Assembly (NCBI GenBank): GCA_030390025.1
Contig: CM059432.1
Coordinates: 94,242,001-94,306,000 of the forward strand
Length of the DNA: 64,000 bases
Origin: Squalus acanthias
Lineage: Eukaryota
Direction of reading: 5' to 3'
Position 1 is the first letter of the stretch; the number at the start of each line of letters is the position of its first letter. A model generated the notes under the pieces. It had not been told where the DNA came from. It did no database searches and was given only the letters and a program-made list of their open reading frames with translations. Shown here piece after piece: positions 37,341-49,781 of this stretch. The translations under genes were made by a program, and so were the position numbers.

Positions 37341-38384
37341 GTTATTTATAGAAAGCGCAAAGTTCAAATTGTTTACAATTTTGAACACAGAATAATTCAA
37401 GTAGGCTGAACTTTAAATTCCTCCCCTCCCTTCCCTACTGGTACAGCATTAAACTGTTTGCTACCAATTGTTGGAATGATGAAATAAAAAGTCAGGATTC
37501 TTACATGTTGTACGAAATAGACAAAGTATAATTGAGATACCAAACAGAATAGTCAATTGGCTGTTTGGAATTTTAGAACAGTACCCAATTTATTTTTTAC
37601 ATTTTCAGATTCTTTTTCTAACTTGTCACTGATAAATTTCATAATACCTAACAAATGGCCTTTTTATTTTAATTACTATTGAATATAAATTATTAGACTG
37701 TTCCCAGGTAGAAATTTGCCCATTAATTGCTTGAGCTCGTCTTTTGTATCTACTGATCTGAGTGTATTGCTACACATTGATTATTTTAGTTCAGTGGCAT
37801 TTCCCTATTAATATTGTCAGTGGATGGCCTAGATTCCAATTGACATTTTGGCTGAGTAATTCAGATGAATAATGGAGCAGAAATCTGATGGACTTGCAGA
37901 AGAGAGGATAAAAATTGGGGCTGAACCAATTTCCACTCGGTATCCGTCCTTTACTTGGTCCCACGGTAACTTCTGATGGGGGGAAAGTGCTTCTTTTGAT
38001 TGCTTCCCTTCTATCCCGACTTCACTTCTGGGGAATATCTGCAGGATCCTCGACTCCCCCAGAAATCCCACCAGTTATGCCATCTGTAGGACCAGCAGTA
38101 AGTATAACTGGATGAAGTAGATGTACTTGCAGTACATGACTATATGTGAGGCTTACAATGCCTTATTCAAATGGTAATCGATCCCAGTGAGATCGACAGC
38201 TGTTTTAATTGGGGCCCTGAAAGCAAGGGAGTAGCAGCAGTGTATGTTTGGGCCCGAAAAATCTTTGGCCAGACTAGCCTGTGTAATTACCAGTGGAGCA
38301 GCAAGTGGCTGTGGGGATTGGAGACTGGTTCGTGGTGAGGACAGGTGGACGTCCAGCCCCATCACACTCCTGTAGTTTAAACGA

Positions 38385-38770
38385 CATGACTCAGTTGGTT
38401 AGTGATCTACTAACTGCAGGAAGTGAGATATACAGACAAGAAGGTTCCAGTACTGTGTTGAGTTAGCTGATTTCAACTGGAGCAGCAATAGGGACATTAT
38501 AACTGACCTCAGTGACTTTGAACAGAGTTAGGAAATCAACAATGTTCCCTCTTCTGATTGCTCCTCATTGACTCCTGCTGGAATAGTGCACTGTTTGGAT
38601 ACTGGGCGAGGACAGGATCAGACACATCTGTGATACCCTTCCTAGTAAAATAACCTGCTGACATTCACTGTCTAGGATACTACATTAAGTATGGGCACTT
38701 GGTTGAGGTACTGGAGGCTGGCTGGTGCTCCAGTATGAATGGGCACCTTCAGGAGATGAGAGGCGGGAAG
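38385..38770 (+). mobile_element. LF-SINE-like element
   Basis: Recalled LF-SINE motifs in order: tgagttagctgat, cctgctggaa, gggcgaggacaggatc, cactgtctagg, gcacttggttgaggtactggagg, ccttcaggaga. Confidence 0.7.
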
Positions 38771-39049
38771 AAAATAAATAAAGACTCTGAAATTCAGCAG
38801 TTCTCTCAGTGGAACCCCAGGAAAAATGGCATCAATGGCTATTTATGTTATTTCTTTGGAGATTCCACTGGTATCCCCTCGAAGTTACAGTGGAAGACTG
38901 GAACAACCCTGTGGAATTTCATAGCTAAAATCTTTGTTAGCTCAGATACATAAACTGTGAAGTTGGACACGCTATACATAAGCTATCTTTGTGTTTTAAA
39001 TGATCAGTTAAAACTAGCACACCATGGAATGGAGATCAGAGCATAGTAA

Positions 39050-41878
39050 GAAGTCTGAACTTAACAGGACTTTATTTAAAAAATTTGCAAGCTCACTTTT
39101 GATAAACATCACAGTTAAAAAATGTATTCAATTGAAGGTAAAATACAGCATGCCAGAATAAGAGAAATTATTTTTAAACATTCCCTGCAAAACAGTTAAC
39201 TTTTTTAACAATGAATTTCAACATTTAAATATGTAAATAACAAACACCGTCTAACAAATATAACAAACTTTTTCCATGAACTGAGGAGTTTTGGACTTAG
39301 TAGCACAATGTATTAAAGTTTATGGCTCTGTGTTCATTGAATGGGAAAAATGTGATTTATTAATAATGAAAACTTTACTCAATCACAGTATAAAAAGCAT
39401 TCAGTGCCATTTTACCATCTCTTCCTAACTATGCAAGTTGAAGCATTTGAGGTTTTTTCGTTGAAGCCTTCATTGTCAGCACCGATACTGAAGGGTAATA
39501 TATAGTCGCTGGTGATGTTAAAGTAGAAGTATCCTCAGGTTGTCACATCAGTTACTGTATATCATATAAACTTTATAAAAGATGTGCTCTGTCACTAAAA
39601 AAAAACTCACTAGGTGTAAACTCCAGTGATGCCTAATTGATAATTTTGGTAAATGGTATTTACTGATTGATGTTTAAGTAGCCAGATCTATGTTTTCTAT
39701 ATTTTATATCCATCACATTTCCTGATGTATCTAAAAAGTAAGAATTCTTTCAAATTTTGCTGATTTTTATAAATTGTTTCTTTAGTTGCCAAATTCCACA
39801 GCAAATGTCAAGGCACAAATTCTGAGTCAGAGAAATAACTTTCTGTTCTAGATGATGTGAAGGAAGAAGAAAAGCTAACTTACAAAACTTTTTTCAGAAT
39901 CACATCCATTTTTGATTTTTTTTTAAATAAAAACCTTAAAATGGGTTTTCCACAAAAATAGATGCTACTGTTTAAACTGGTCTATTTTTCTTTATTCCAT
40001 GTGCTGTATTTTAAGAAGTACAAAATCAAACCTATCCATTAAGCTTCTTCTCATACCTCAGCTCTCTCATAAAGTCCTACATACTTCTGGATAATTTAAA
40101 CTAACACAACAATAACAATGTTGGTTGTGTCCTACATCATGAGCTATTAACAAACAAAAACTGAGGCTAGCTGAAGGAGAGGTTGTGCAGAGTTGATTCC
40201 TGATCAAATTATACCAGAGTTTTATACGCACCATATTGCATTCCTGCTCTGTAAGACATTTATTTTTTAAAATTAATGTTCTATCTTTGTAAGATACTTT
40301 GTAGTTTATAATTAACCATTAGTTTTAAGAATAAACATGCCCTAACCCATTATAGATATTGTATATATTACTTATACAATACATAATAAAACACCGTATA
40401 CATCAGAGTAAACCTTTTTAAGGTAAAGTATAACATTTTGGAATGATCAAATTTTGTGCAAACATAAATAACAAACACAATATCAACTGCAATGTACTGT
40501 TAATTACACTAAAAACGAAATATACAAAACAGCAAAACCCTACAACTTGATAATACAAATCATAAAGCAACCACTGGATAAAAGCAAGCAACATGCCATG
40601 GCAGCATGTTTCCATCACTACAAAACACAATTATCTTTCTAAAAAAAATCACTAATTTATTATTGAGCTCATGGCCAATTTGGAGCACCTATTACTTATG
40701 GCAATCGTGCACTTTGTCCCTTCAGGGGTAAGTTTTCAATACCCTAGGAATTCATCATGAATAGGTTATGAAAACTATAATAAAGCTCCATGGAACACTA
40801 GACAACAGCAGAGTTTCAAAATTTATGAACTCAGTATGGTATAAATTCATTCTGAGTCTATGCAATATTGCTTTCTTCCACAGATATGAACTGCAGATGT
40901 AGGGAGGATACAAGCTGCAGTCCCATTGGAAATTATATTTATCACACAGACAGCACAATGCAAAATTAAGAAAAGTTAATTCTTGCATTATCCTGTCAGG
41001 TCAGCTTATTGGACAAATGATGCATTTAACAGCATTCTGATGTATTTTTGGTTTGTACCCTATATTCTGCTAACATGGCTACCCATTGTTCTATGTGAGT
41101 TGGAGTGCCAATACCAGAGGGAAGAGGTGCTCTGTGTGATGCTGGCCTACAGTCAATGGGGAGGACCAATTTGCTCATCTAGCAGCTCATTTCCAAGTTC
41201 TTGGTCACATGATCATATGCAGCAGTAAAATGTTCATTAAAAAAATCTGACTTGAAAATACGAACTATGGAATAAACAATCAACTACATCTGCAACAGTA
41301 TTTCACTACCTAAACATATCTGCTTAGATAAAGGTATGCTTATAGTGGTGATTGAAAAGCCTATATGCAATTTTAGTTTATTTCAATATATACTCGAACG
41401 TGATTAATTTATTGTGCTCTATTTGCAGATTATCTCCCGCCATGCTCCAAGTTTTAGGTAACATCCAAATACTCAACACTTTTAAAGTGCGTAGATCCAT
41501 TTTATACTTTAAATATGTCATCTCACAGGCAGTCAAGTACTTTTGCTCAACTCTATTGTTTTTTACCTTTCATGTTGTAAAATTGTAATTTGATCTCAAT
41601 TGCATGAGAAATCTACTGTACAAGTGCAACTTCCAAATGTATCTTCATCTTATATTACTTCACAATTTAATGACTTCATATTTTATTAACAAGCATTTAT
41701 AACTGAAATTTCTTTAAATCAACAATATCTCAGAATATCTCAGTATACCCTGTTAATCTTGCTGATAAATTGATCTACAGTTTAATGTGCCATTCATCAT
41801 GACTAGAGATTTATTTTATTAGTAGTTGGCAGAAAAGAATAGCATCACTTAGCAGCTGCCTTTTCCAATCCTCAATGT
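39050..41878 (-). other. Probable 3' UTR of the L3MBTL gene (~2.8 kb)
   Basis: AT-rich, no recognisable transposon, lies between stop codon and AATAAA. Confidence 0.55.
39071..39076 (-). terminator. Candidate polyadenylation signal (AATAAA) of the L3MBTL gene
   Basis: tttatt on plus strand at the distal edge of the repeat-free AT-rich block downstream of the stop codon. Confidence 0.5.
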
Positions 41879-42013
41879 CTACTCCAAATTATCTTCAGAA
41901 TTCTTAAACATTAGAATGGAGTTGTAAATCTTCAAGGCTGGGCCTAATTTGATGCTCATGATCTTAACTATGTCCATCTGTGTCAGCAAAAGAAATGCTT
42001 CTCCATCAATCTG
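41879..42013 (-). CDS. L3MBTL4: Last coding exon, SAM domain C-terminal part of lethal(3)malignant brain tumor-like protein
   Basis: QIDGEAFLLLTQMDIVKIMSIKLGPALKIYNSILMFKNSEDNLE*; acceptor ttttgttttacag; phase 0. Family assignment is secure; the paralogue (L3MBTL4 rather than L3MBTL3/L3MBTL1) is inferred from EQIDG, KIYNS and VAxFVQ and is less certain. Confidence 0.9.
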   Translation of the reverse strand, partial: QIDGEAFLLLTQMDIVKIMSIKLGPALKIYNSILMFKNSEDNLE

Positions 42014-42892
42014 CTGTAAAACAAAACAAACGTGGCTGGTGAAAACAGCATATCTAATTTAATTATACTCAAAATAGGTAGAACTTTATTATCTACTTTG
42101 ATCATATTATTGATAAATATACCTTGATGCGCCAAATGTAATTATTACAAGTAAATTATTTGTGAAGGGGCATTCTAACCTGACACTTCAATATAGTACT
42201 AAGGGAATGTTTTTTGGTCTCCTTATAAAGTGATGCAGGTGTGCACTATTGATATTCTAATGAGGGAAACTCCCCTTAACCAATGAAAATCTAGAAGAGT
42301 CAGCAGCAGATGTTCCTAGTGCACTGATGATCAAAGGCTCATGGATTATTGGCCCCAGGATAAGTCAATTTCTGAATGCAGTGCTAACATCACTGGATTG
42401 AAGCAAACAAAGCTCCTGCTCAGCTCGCATGATTTCTCCAGGTCAGCCAATTTAAGTGTGACTGTGAGCTTCCTGTGCAGATTGGACCAGGCACTGGAAG
42501 ATTGCTGATTTTGATGGTGGGATATCCAGTGCAGCAGTTCTTAAAGGGCCGTTGCTGCTATTTAAAGGAGAGCAGCATGCAGTATGGAACTTTAAAATCT
42601 TCCCTGCTGAAATGGTGCAAAGAAAGGGTGTCATAGGACAGCACATTTTTAAGATGTTGCCCTTGAGGTGCTGCTGGACAAGTATCAGCAAAGGAGGATT
42701 GCCCTCTTTGGGACTGAGGCCACTCCAAACATCTGCCATCAATGCGTTGGGAGAAGGTGACAGAAAGAGTGAAGACCTTGCTCATCTCAAGAGTTTTTGG
42801 AACAAATCTGCATATGGTTAGCAGCCTCAGGAATATTGCCAAGGCAAGAGTACCTAGCATTTGCCTACACAAAGTATGCATGCTACAAAAAG

Positions 42893-43310
42893 TCAGCCAA
42901 GGCTCAGTTGGTAGCACCCTCACCTTTGAGTCAGAAGGTTGTGCGTTCTAGTCCCACTCCAGAGACTTGAGCACAAAAATCTAGGCTGACAATCCAGTGC
43001 AGTACTGAGGAAGTGCTGCACTGTCGGAGGTGCTGTCTTTTGGATGAGACGTTAAACCAAGACTTCATTTGCCCTCTCAGGTGGACGTAAAAGATCCCAT
43101 GGCACTAGTTCGAAGAAGAGCAGGGGAGTTATCCCAGGTGTCCTGGCCAATATTTACCCCTCAATCAACATCACTAAAACAGATTATCTGGTCATTATCA
43201 CATTGTTGTTTGTGGGAGCTTGCTGTGTGCAAATTGGCTGCGTTTCCTACATTACAACAGTGACTACACTTTGGGATGTCTGGTGGTCATGAAAGGCGCT
43301 ATATAAAAAA
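42893..43310 (+). mobile_element. DeuSINE (SacSINE1-like) tRNA-derived SINE, near full length
   Basis: tRNA head (GGCTCAGTTGG, GTTCTAGTCC) and Deu core (ggatgagacgttaaacc...ggtggacgtaaaagatcccatggcac...cctggccaatattta). Confidence 0.8.
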
Positions 43311-44490
43311 ATACAAGTCAAAATGCAAGTCTAAACCTAATGCAGTTTCACTGGCGCAGCATGCAAAACACTCAGGCAACCTTTCAGCTCTTTTATACAA
43401 TCACGAGCATTGCTGCAGGACAGAATTTGTAGATGGCACTGAAATATACAACTCCTGTGGTACAGAAATCCTGCAAGCTGTGTCCACAAAGCATGTTTCC
43501 AACAAAAGGCAGCTCACTAACTTGCCCAAGTTGGGATGTAGGGTGAGCACTTGGCTGTCAAAATTCCAGTATCATTACACTTTGCTTGCAGGAGTAGGTG
43601 GCTCAATACAGACATGAGCAATGAAGTTCCAAGGGAGGGGCATTGCAATTTCTGGCCCTTAACTTTTTTATACAGCACTCTTAAACATCTTGCCATTGTT
43701 GGAGTAAGTTACACAGGTGGTGGGTTCATTGTGTTACACTGGCATTTGCTTCTGGGTCTTCCTGGAGGCATACAGAAGCAGAAGATAAGCATATATTAGA
43801 ATACTGGCAGAAAAGCACCCCTTCATACAAAATGTACAGGGCAAGATATAGTGGGTGGAAATCCATAGAAGAAGTGGGGGAGGTGAAGTTGGAGGCCTCC
43901 CCAAGCTCTGGGATAGTACCATCCTTTTCTTATTATTCTTCCTCCGACTACTCATTCACTGTATACAGGTATAGACTGGAAGTAGCAGCATGACGCATAT
44001 TGCATTGCAGTGTATGCCTGTATGCGAGTCATTGAGTAGGAAAATTCCACCACTATATCTTGCCATGTAAATTCTGTAAGTCTTTCTGCTAATTTTCTAA
44101 CACATGTTCCTCTATTGTTTCTGTAGGCATCCAGGGAAGACCTGGAAGCATATGCCAGTAGACACAATGAACCCAGCACCTTGCTGCACCTGTATCACCT
44201 ACTTCAACAATGGGAAGCACCAGTGCAGGTACATCCACTTCAAGGGATTTAAGTAGAGAGTTTGAGGAGAGAACGCTGGCTGAAGCAGTGAGCAAGAATA
44301 GAAGGAGCAAATTGAGATGAGACTAGAGGAGCAGAAACTGCTGACCAAATGCTAGCTTGAGTCCTTCCTTGGCTGCTGAATGCAAGGAGTGGAACTTCAT
44401 GGGGCCTGCATATAAAAGAAGTCTGGTATTTGAGAGTGTACAAAGCACCCTTCAAGTTCTGGCAACAAGTATAGAATTCAACGCCTACAT

Positions 44491-45390
44491 CTAAGAACAT
44501 AAGAATAAGGAGCAGGAGTAGGCTATATGGCCCCTTGAGCATGCTCCGCTATTCAATAAGATCATGGCTGATCTTCCACCTCAACTCCACTTTCCTGCTC
44601 GATTCCCATATCCCTTGATTCCCCTAGAGTCCAAAAATCTATCTATCTCAGCCTTGAATATATTCAACAACTCAGCATCCATAGCCCTTTGGGGTAGAGA
44701 ATTCCAAAGATTCACAACCATCTGAGTGAAGAAATTCCGCCTCATCTCCGTCTTAAATGGCCGACCCCTTATCCTGAAACTATGCCCCCTCGTTCTAGAC
44801 TCTCCAGCCAGGGGAAACAACCTCTCAGCATCTACCCTGTCAAACCTCCTCAGAATCTTATCTGTTTCAATGAGATCACCTCTCATTCTTCTAAACACCA
44901 GAGAGTATAGGCCCAATCTACTCAATCTCTCCTCATAGGACAACCCTCTCATCCCAGGGATCAATCTAGTAAACAGACATTGCACCGCCTCTAAGGGAAG
45001 TATATCCTTCCTCAGATAAGGAGACCAAAGCTGTGCACAGTACTCCAGGTGTGGTCTCACCAGAGCCCTGTACAATTGTCGTAAGACTTCCTTACTCTTG
45101 TACTCCATCCCCCTTGCAATAAAGGCCAACATGTCATTTGCCTTCCTAATTGCTTGCTGTAGCTGCATGCTAACTTTCTGTGTTTCCTGTACGAAGTTTG
45201 CAGACTTAACCTGTCTATATCCCTCTGCAGGCTCTTTGTGTCTTCCTCACAGCTTACTTTCCCACCTAGCTTTGTATCGTCAGCAAACTTCAATACATTG
45301 CACTCGGTCGGTCCTTTCATCTAAGTCATTAATATAGATTGTAAATAGCTGAGGCCCAAGCACTGATCCATGTGCCACCCCACTAGTTAC
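44491..45390 (-). mobile_element. CR1 LINE 3' fragment
   Basis: RT ORFs 44581-45168 and 45057-45320. Confidence 0.9.
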
Positions 45391-46239
45391 TGCATCTGTT
45401 TAGTCATACATGACCACTTAATGGCAACTCCAGGGCCATCCACAGCAGAGCCCCCACTGACGAAGGTCTTTGAAGATCTTGGGCACTAATAAAGAGAAGT
45501 CTCTTTTGTCCACGATCAACATGTTGCAGGAGTTGAATTGAGTAAACTTTGAGACAAGACTTTACAGATCCCACTGTAGCTCTGCTCATACACAGATCAC
45601 TAGAAATGCCTCAGGAATGCCCGGTGGAAGTGGCATGCAAGAAGCTGGCTCTCAGGGTGACTCCATATTTGACTTAATATGCAAATTCCACAAAATATGG
45701 CAAAAAATGGGAGGGATAAAGTTGTAGCAGATTAACGCAGTATCCACGGTAGTTGAGGTAGTGCAGAGGGCACTGTGGATGATGTATTGGGCCATTGAAT
45801 TGTGTAGATATGGACAGGCTTGTTTGCACATTGGGTGAATCAGCCACTTAGTTGAAAATGCCTATATTCAGGTAAGATTCTTCCTGGCTTCAGTCAACCA
45901 TTTTTTCCTGTTTGGTTTCAGTGTCCTGCTGTGCCAAAGGTTTCAGCTGGGCCTCCTCTTCTACCTATTCATGGTAATACCTCTTTGTATGGTGAAGTTG
46001 CAGTTTTTCCTTTTGCCTTACTCATTGGGGGTGGGGGTGGGGGAAAAGTTTGCTCCTACATTTTCCAACTGTGGCTTTTTGAGTGCTGCATTTCTGGAAC
46101 AACCAAAACCTAAAAGATTGAAATTCTTTCTTGTTTTTCCTCTCTTACTGGTTGTGTTGAAGGAGCATGAGGAGGACAGAGGCAGGTCTTCTTGCACCAA
46201 AGAAAGATTACCCTTATCACCCTTCCATTTAACCAGCTG

Positions 46240-46990
46240 TGTCTATAGATTAAAGGACAGCTGCACTGACATGTTTGAGGACGTCTCTCTTCACCAACTA
46301 TGCTTCATGAGGGAGGTAGTCAGCAAGCTATGCTGTTTCCTCCAGCGTGACCTTCAGACAAAATCAACAATGGGGATGGCTGTGCCATTGACTCTGAAGT
46401 GACTACAGCCTTGATTTTTTATGCTACTGGATCATTCCATGCCACCACAAGGGTTGTATACCAGATTAATCAATCAGCAGTGCACCAATGCATTTGGCCA
46501 GAAACAGAAGCCTTTTTGCTAAGGCAAACTCTTTTATTGCATTTGCCATGGAAAACAGCAACAGGCAAGAGAGGAAGCTGAATTTTTTCCACATTGCAGC
46601 CTTCTCTAGTGTGACCATGTGGGCGCTGTCACAAATCCCATGGTCTTCATGAACAGTAAGGAGTTCCATTACTTTAATGTAAACTTGGTCTGTGACCACA
46701 ATCACCAAAGTATGCATATTAATACCTATTACCCTGGTAACAGCTACCTCCACTTTATGTCAATCCACTATGCCACCATTATTTGAAAAGAAGACTAGAC
46801 GAATAGCTCTTTGGTAACTAAGGATAACCTCTTCAGCTTTGGCTTGTGACCCCTTGAGACAAACTCAAACAAGAGGCGAAAAGCATTATAATGAGGTACA
46901 TATGCCCGCCAAGATCAAGGTAAAAACATATCATCAGAAGGTTGAAACAAAGATTCTGATGCTTGGACAGAACCGGAGTTGGTTTTATAA
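46240..46990 (+). pseudogene. Decayed PIF/Harbinger (HARBI1-like) transposase
   Basis: Fragments LKVTTALIFYATGSF...QSAVHQCI, MNSKEFHYFNVNLVCDH...YPG, LQLWLVTP, RF.CLDRT with stops and frameshifts. Confidence 0.75.
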
Positions 46991-47272
46991 CACAGCTTAG
47001 CTCTGAAAGATCACAGTAGTTTGTAACAGTAAAAGCACAATCAAATTTAAGCAATAACTGCAAATACTGGCAGAAGTTCTGATACTGCATTATCCGCCAC
47101 TTTAAATGGCTGCACTAAATGTAGTGCATATTCCCGGTGAGAAAGCATAGAATTTATTTATTCTAATCATCTCAATAAATTAAATTAAACTTTGAGCCTT
47201 AATGAGTCCATTGCACATTTTGTGAGACGTCCCAACAGAAGAAAATTCATCTGTCTGGGAAAGAGAAGAAGC

Positions 47273-47478
47273 TGAGTGATACTGAGGCCCACTTAACTGA
47301 TCTCCCCTACACCATTCACATTGAGTGATACTGAGGCCTGCTTAACTGATCTCCCCTACACCATTCACATTGAGTGATACTGAGGCCCACTTAACTGATC
47401 TCCCCTACATCATTCACATTGAGTGATACTGAGGCCCGTTTAATTGATCCCCCCTACACCATTCACATTAACTGATCC
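47273..47478. repeat. 49-bp minisatellite, 4 copies; resumes at 51548-51620
   Basis: Unit tgagtgatactgaggcccacttaactgatctcccctacaccattcacat starts at 47273, 47322, 47371, 47420. Confidence 0.95.
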
Positions 47479-48533
47479 AGGTTGAGACCAGTGTCCTGGC
47501 AAATCCAATACCTAGGGCTGTAGATAGGGCTTTAAACTAAATAGTGGGGAGGAATACGCTGACTTTAAAAAGTCAAAGAAAAATGAGAAGGCAAAAGTGC
47601 AGGGTAGCGATAGGGGTACTGATAACCAGAGTGTGACAGGAAGGGACAGAGCGTATACACATAAGAGTGCATCAAAAAGTGGGGTCAGAGTAGGGAAAAA
47701 TGATAAAAAGACAACATTAAAAGCTCTATATCTGAGCGCACGCAGCATTCGTAACAAGATAGATGAGTTGACAGCACAAATAGAAATAAATGGGTATGAT
47801 CTGATAGCCATTACAGAGACGTGGTTGCAAGGTGACCAAGGCTGGGAACTGAATATTCAGGGGTATTTTGCCATTTCGTAAGGATAGGCCGAAAGGAAAA
47901 GGAGGTGGTGTAGCTCTGTTAATAAGGGATGAGATCAGTGCAGTAATGAGAAATGATATTGGCCTAGAAGATCAAGACGTACAATCAGTTTGGGTGCAGA
48001 TAAGAAATAATAAGGGTAAGAAGTCACTGGTGGGAGTGGTCTACAGGCCCCCAAACAGTAGCCACACTGTAGGACAGAGTATAAATCAAGAAATAATAGA
48101 GGCTTGTAAGAAAGGTACGACTATAATCATGGGAGATTTTAATCTTCATATTGATTGGACAAAGCAAATTGGCAAAGGTAGACTTGAGGAAGAGTTCTTA
48201 GAGTGTATACGGGATGGTTTCTTGGAACAATACGTTGTGGAACCAACCAGGGAGAAGACTATTTTAGATCGGGTAATGTGTAACGAGGCTGGATTAATTA
48301 ATGATCTCGAAGTGAAGGATCCTCTTAGGAAGAGTGATCATAGCATGGTAGAATTTCAAATTCAGTTTGAGGGTGAGAAAGCTAGGTCTCAAACTAGTGT
48401 CCTGAACTTAAACAAAGGTAATTACAAAGGTATGAAGGCAGACTTGGTTAAAGTGAACTGGGAAAATATATTACAGGGTAAAACTGTAGAAAAGCAGTGG
48501 CAAACATTTAACGAGATATTTCATAACTCTCAG

Positions 48534-49424
48534 CTGTGAGGAGGATGCAGAGAAACTCCAGTATGATTTGGACAGGTTGGCTGATTGGGCAGGTGCATGG
48601 CAGATGCATGTGGATAAATGCGAGGTTATCCACTTTGGTGGCAAAAACAGGAAGACAGATTATTATCTGAACGGCAATAGATTGGGAAAAGGGGAAGTGC
48701 AACGAGATCTGGGAGTCCTTGTGCACCAGTCGCTGAAGGTAAGCATGCAGGTGCAGCAGGCGGTTAAGAAGGCAAATAGTATGTTGGCCTTCATAGCGAG
48801 AGGATTCGAGTACAGGAGCAAGGATGTCCTGCTGCAGTTGTACAAGGCCTTGGTGAGACCACACCTTGAGTATTGTGTGCAGTTTTGGTCGCCTTATCTG
48901 AGGAAGGATGTTCTTGCCATGGAGGGAGTGCAGCGAAGATTTACCAGACTGATACCTGGGATGGCAGGAATGACGTATGAAGAGAGATTGGGTCAATTAG
49001 GCTTATATTCGCTAGAGTTTAGAAGAATGAGAGGGGATCTCATTGAAACTTATAAAATTCTAACAGGACTAGACAGACTAGATGCAGGAAGGATGTTCCC
49101 GATGGCGGGGGAGTCCAGAACCAGAGGTCACAGTCTAAGGATAAGGGGTAAGCCATTTAGGACTGAGATGAGGAGGAATTTCTTCACCCAGAGAGTGGTG
49201 AACCTGTGGAATTCTCTACCACAGAAGGCAGTTGAGGCCAATTCATTAAATATATTCAAGAAGGAGATAGATATATTTCTTAAGGCTAAAGGGATCAAGG
49301 GATATGGGGAGAAAGCAGAGACAGGGTACTGAATTTGGATGATGAGCCATGATCTCATTAAATGGCGGAGCAGGCTCGAGGGGCCGAATGGCCTACTCCT
49401 GCTCCTATCTTCTATGCTTCTATG
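48534..49424 (+). mobile_element. Young CR1 3' fragment nested in the previous CR1
   Basis: ORF 48568-49332; host frame NSQ|QRYIP resumes after its ttctatg tail. Confidence 0.9.
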
Positions 49425-49711
49425 CAAAGATATATTCCAGTGAGAAAGAAACACTCTAAGAGAAGGATGAACTATCCGTGGCTAACTAAGGAAGTAAAGG
49501 ATGGTATCAAATTGAAAACAAAAGCATACAATGTTGCGAAGAATAGTGAAAGGCCAGAGGATTGGGAAATTTTTAAAAACCAGCAAAGGATGACTAAAAA
49601 AATGATAAAGAGAGAGAAGATAGCTTATGAGAGTAAGCTAGCAAGAAAAATAAAAACAGACAGTAAGAGCATCTAGAGGTATATAAAAAGGAAGAGAGTA
49701 GCTAAAGTAAA

Positions 49712-49781
49712 ATAACAACAGAAAACGCTGGAAAAACTCAGCAGGCCAGGCAGCATCCGTGGAGAGAGAAAGAGAGAAAGA
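49712..49781 (-). mobile_element. Short Penelope-like terminal fragment with 12-bp TSD
   Basis: Reverse complement of ~1214-1274; agctaaagtaaa at 49700-49711 and 49782-49793. Confidence 0.8.

Noticed and set aside
47273..47478. Regular repeats (also 30343-30527 and 57672-57835) as a CRISPR-like array
   Set aside because: Head-to-tail units with no unique spacers, no cas genes, vertebrate context
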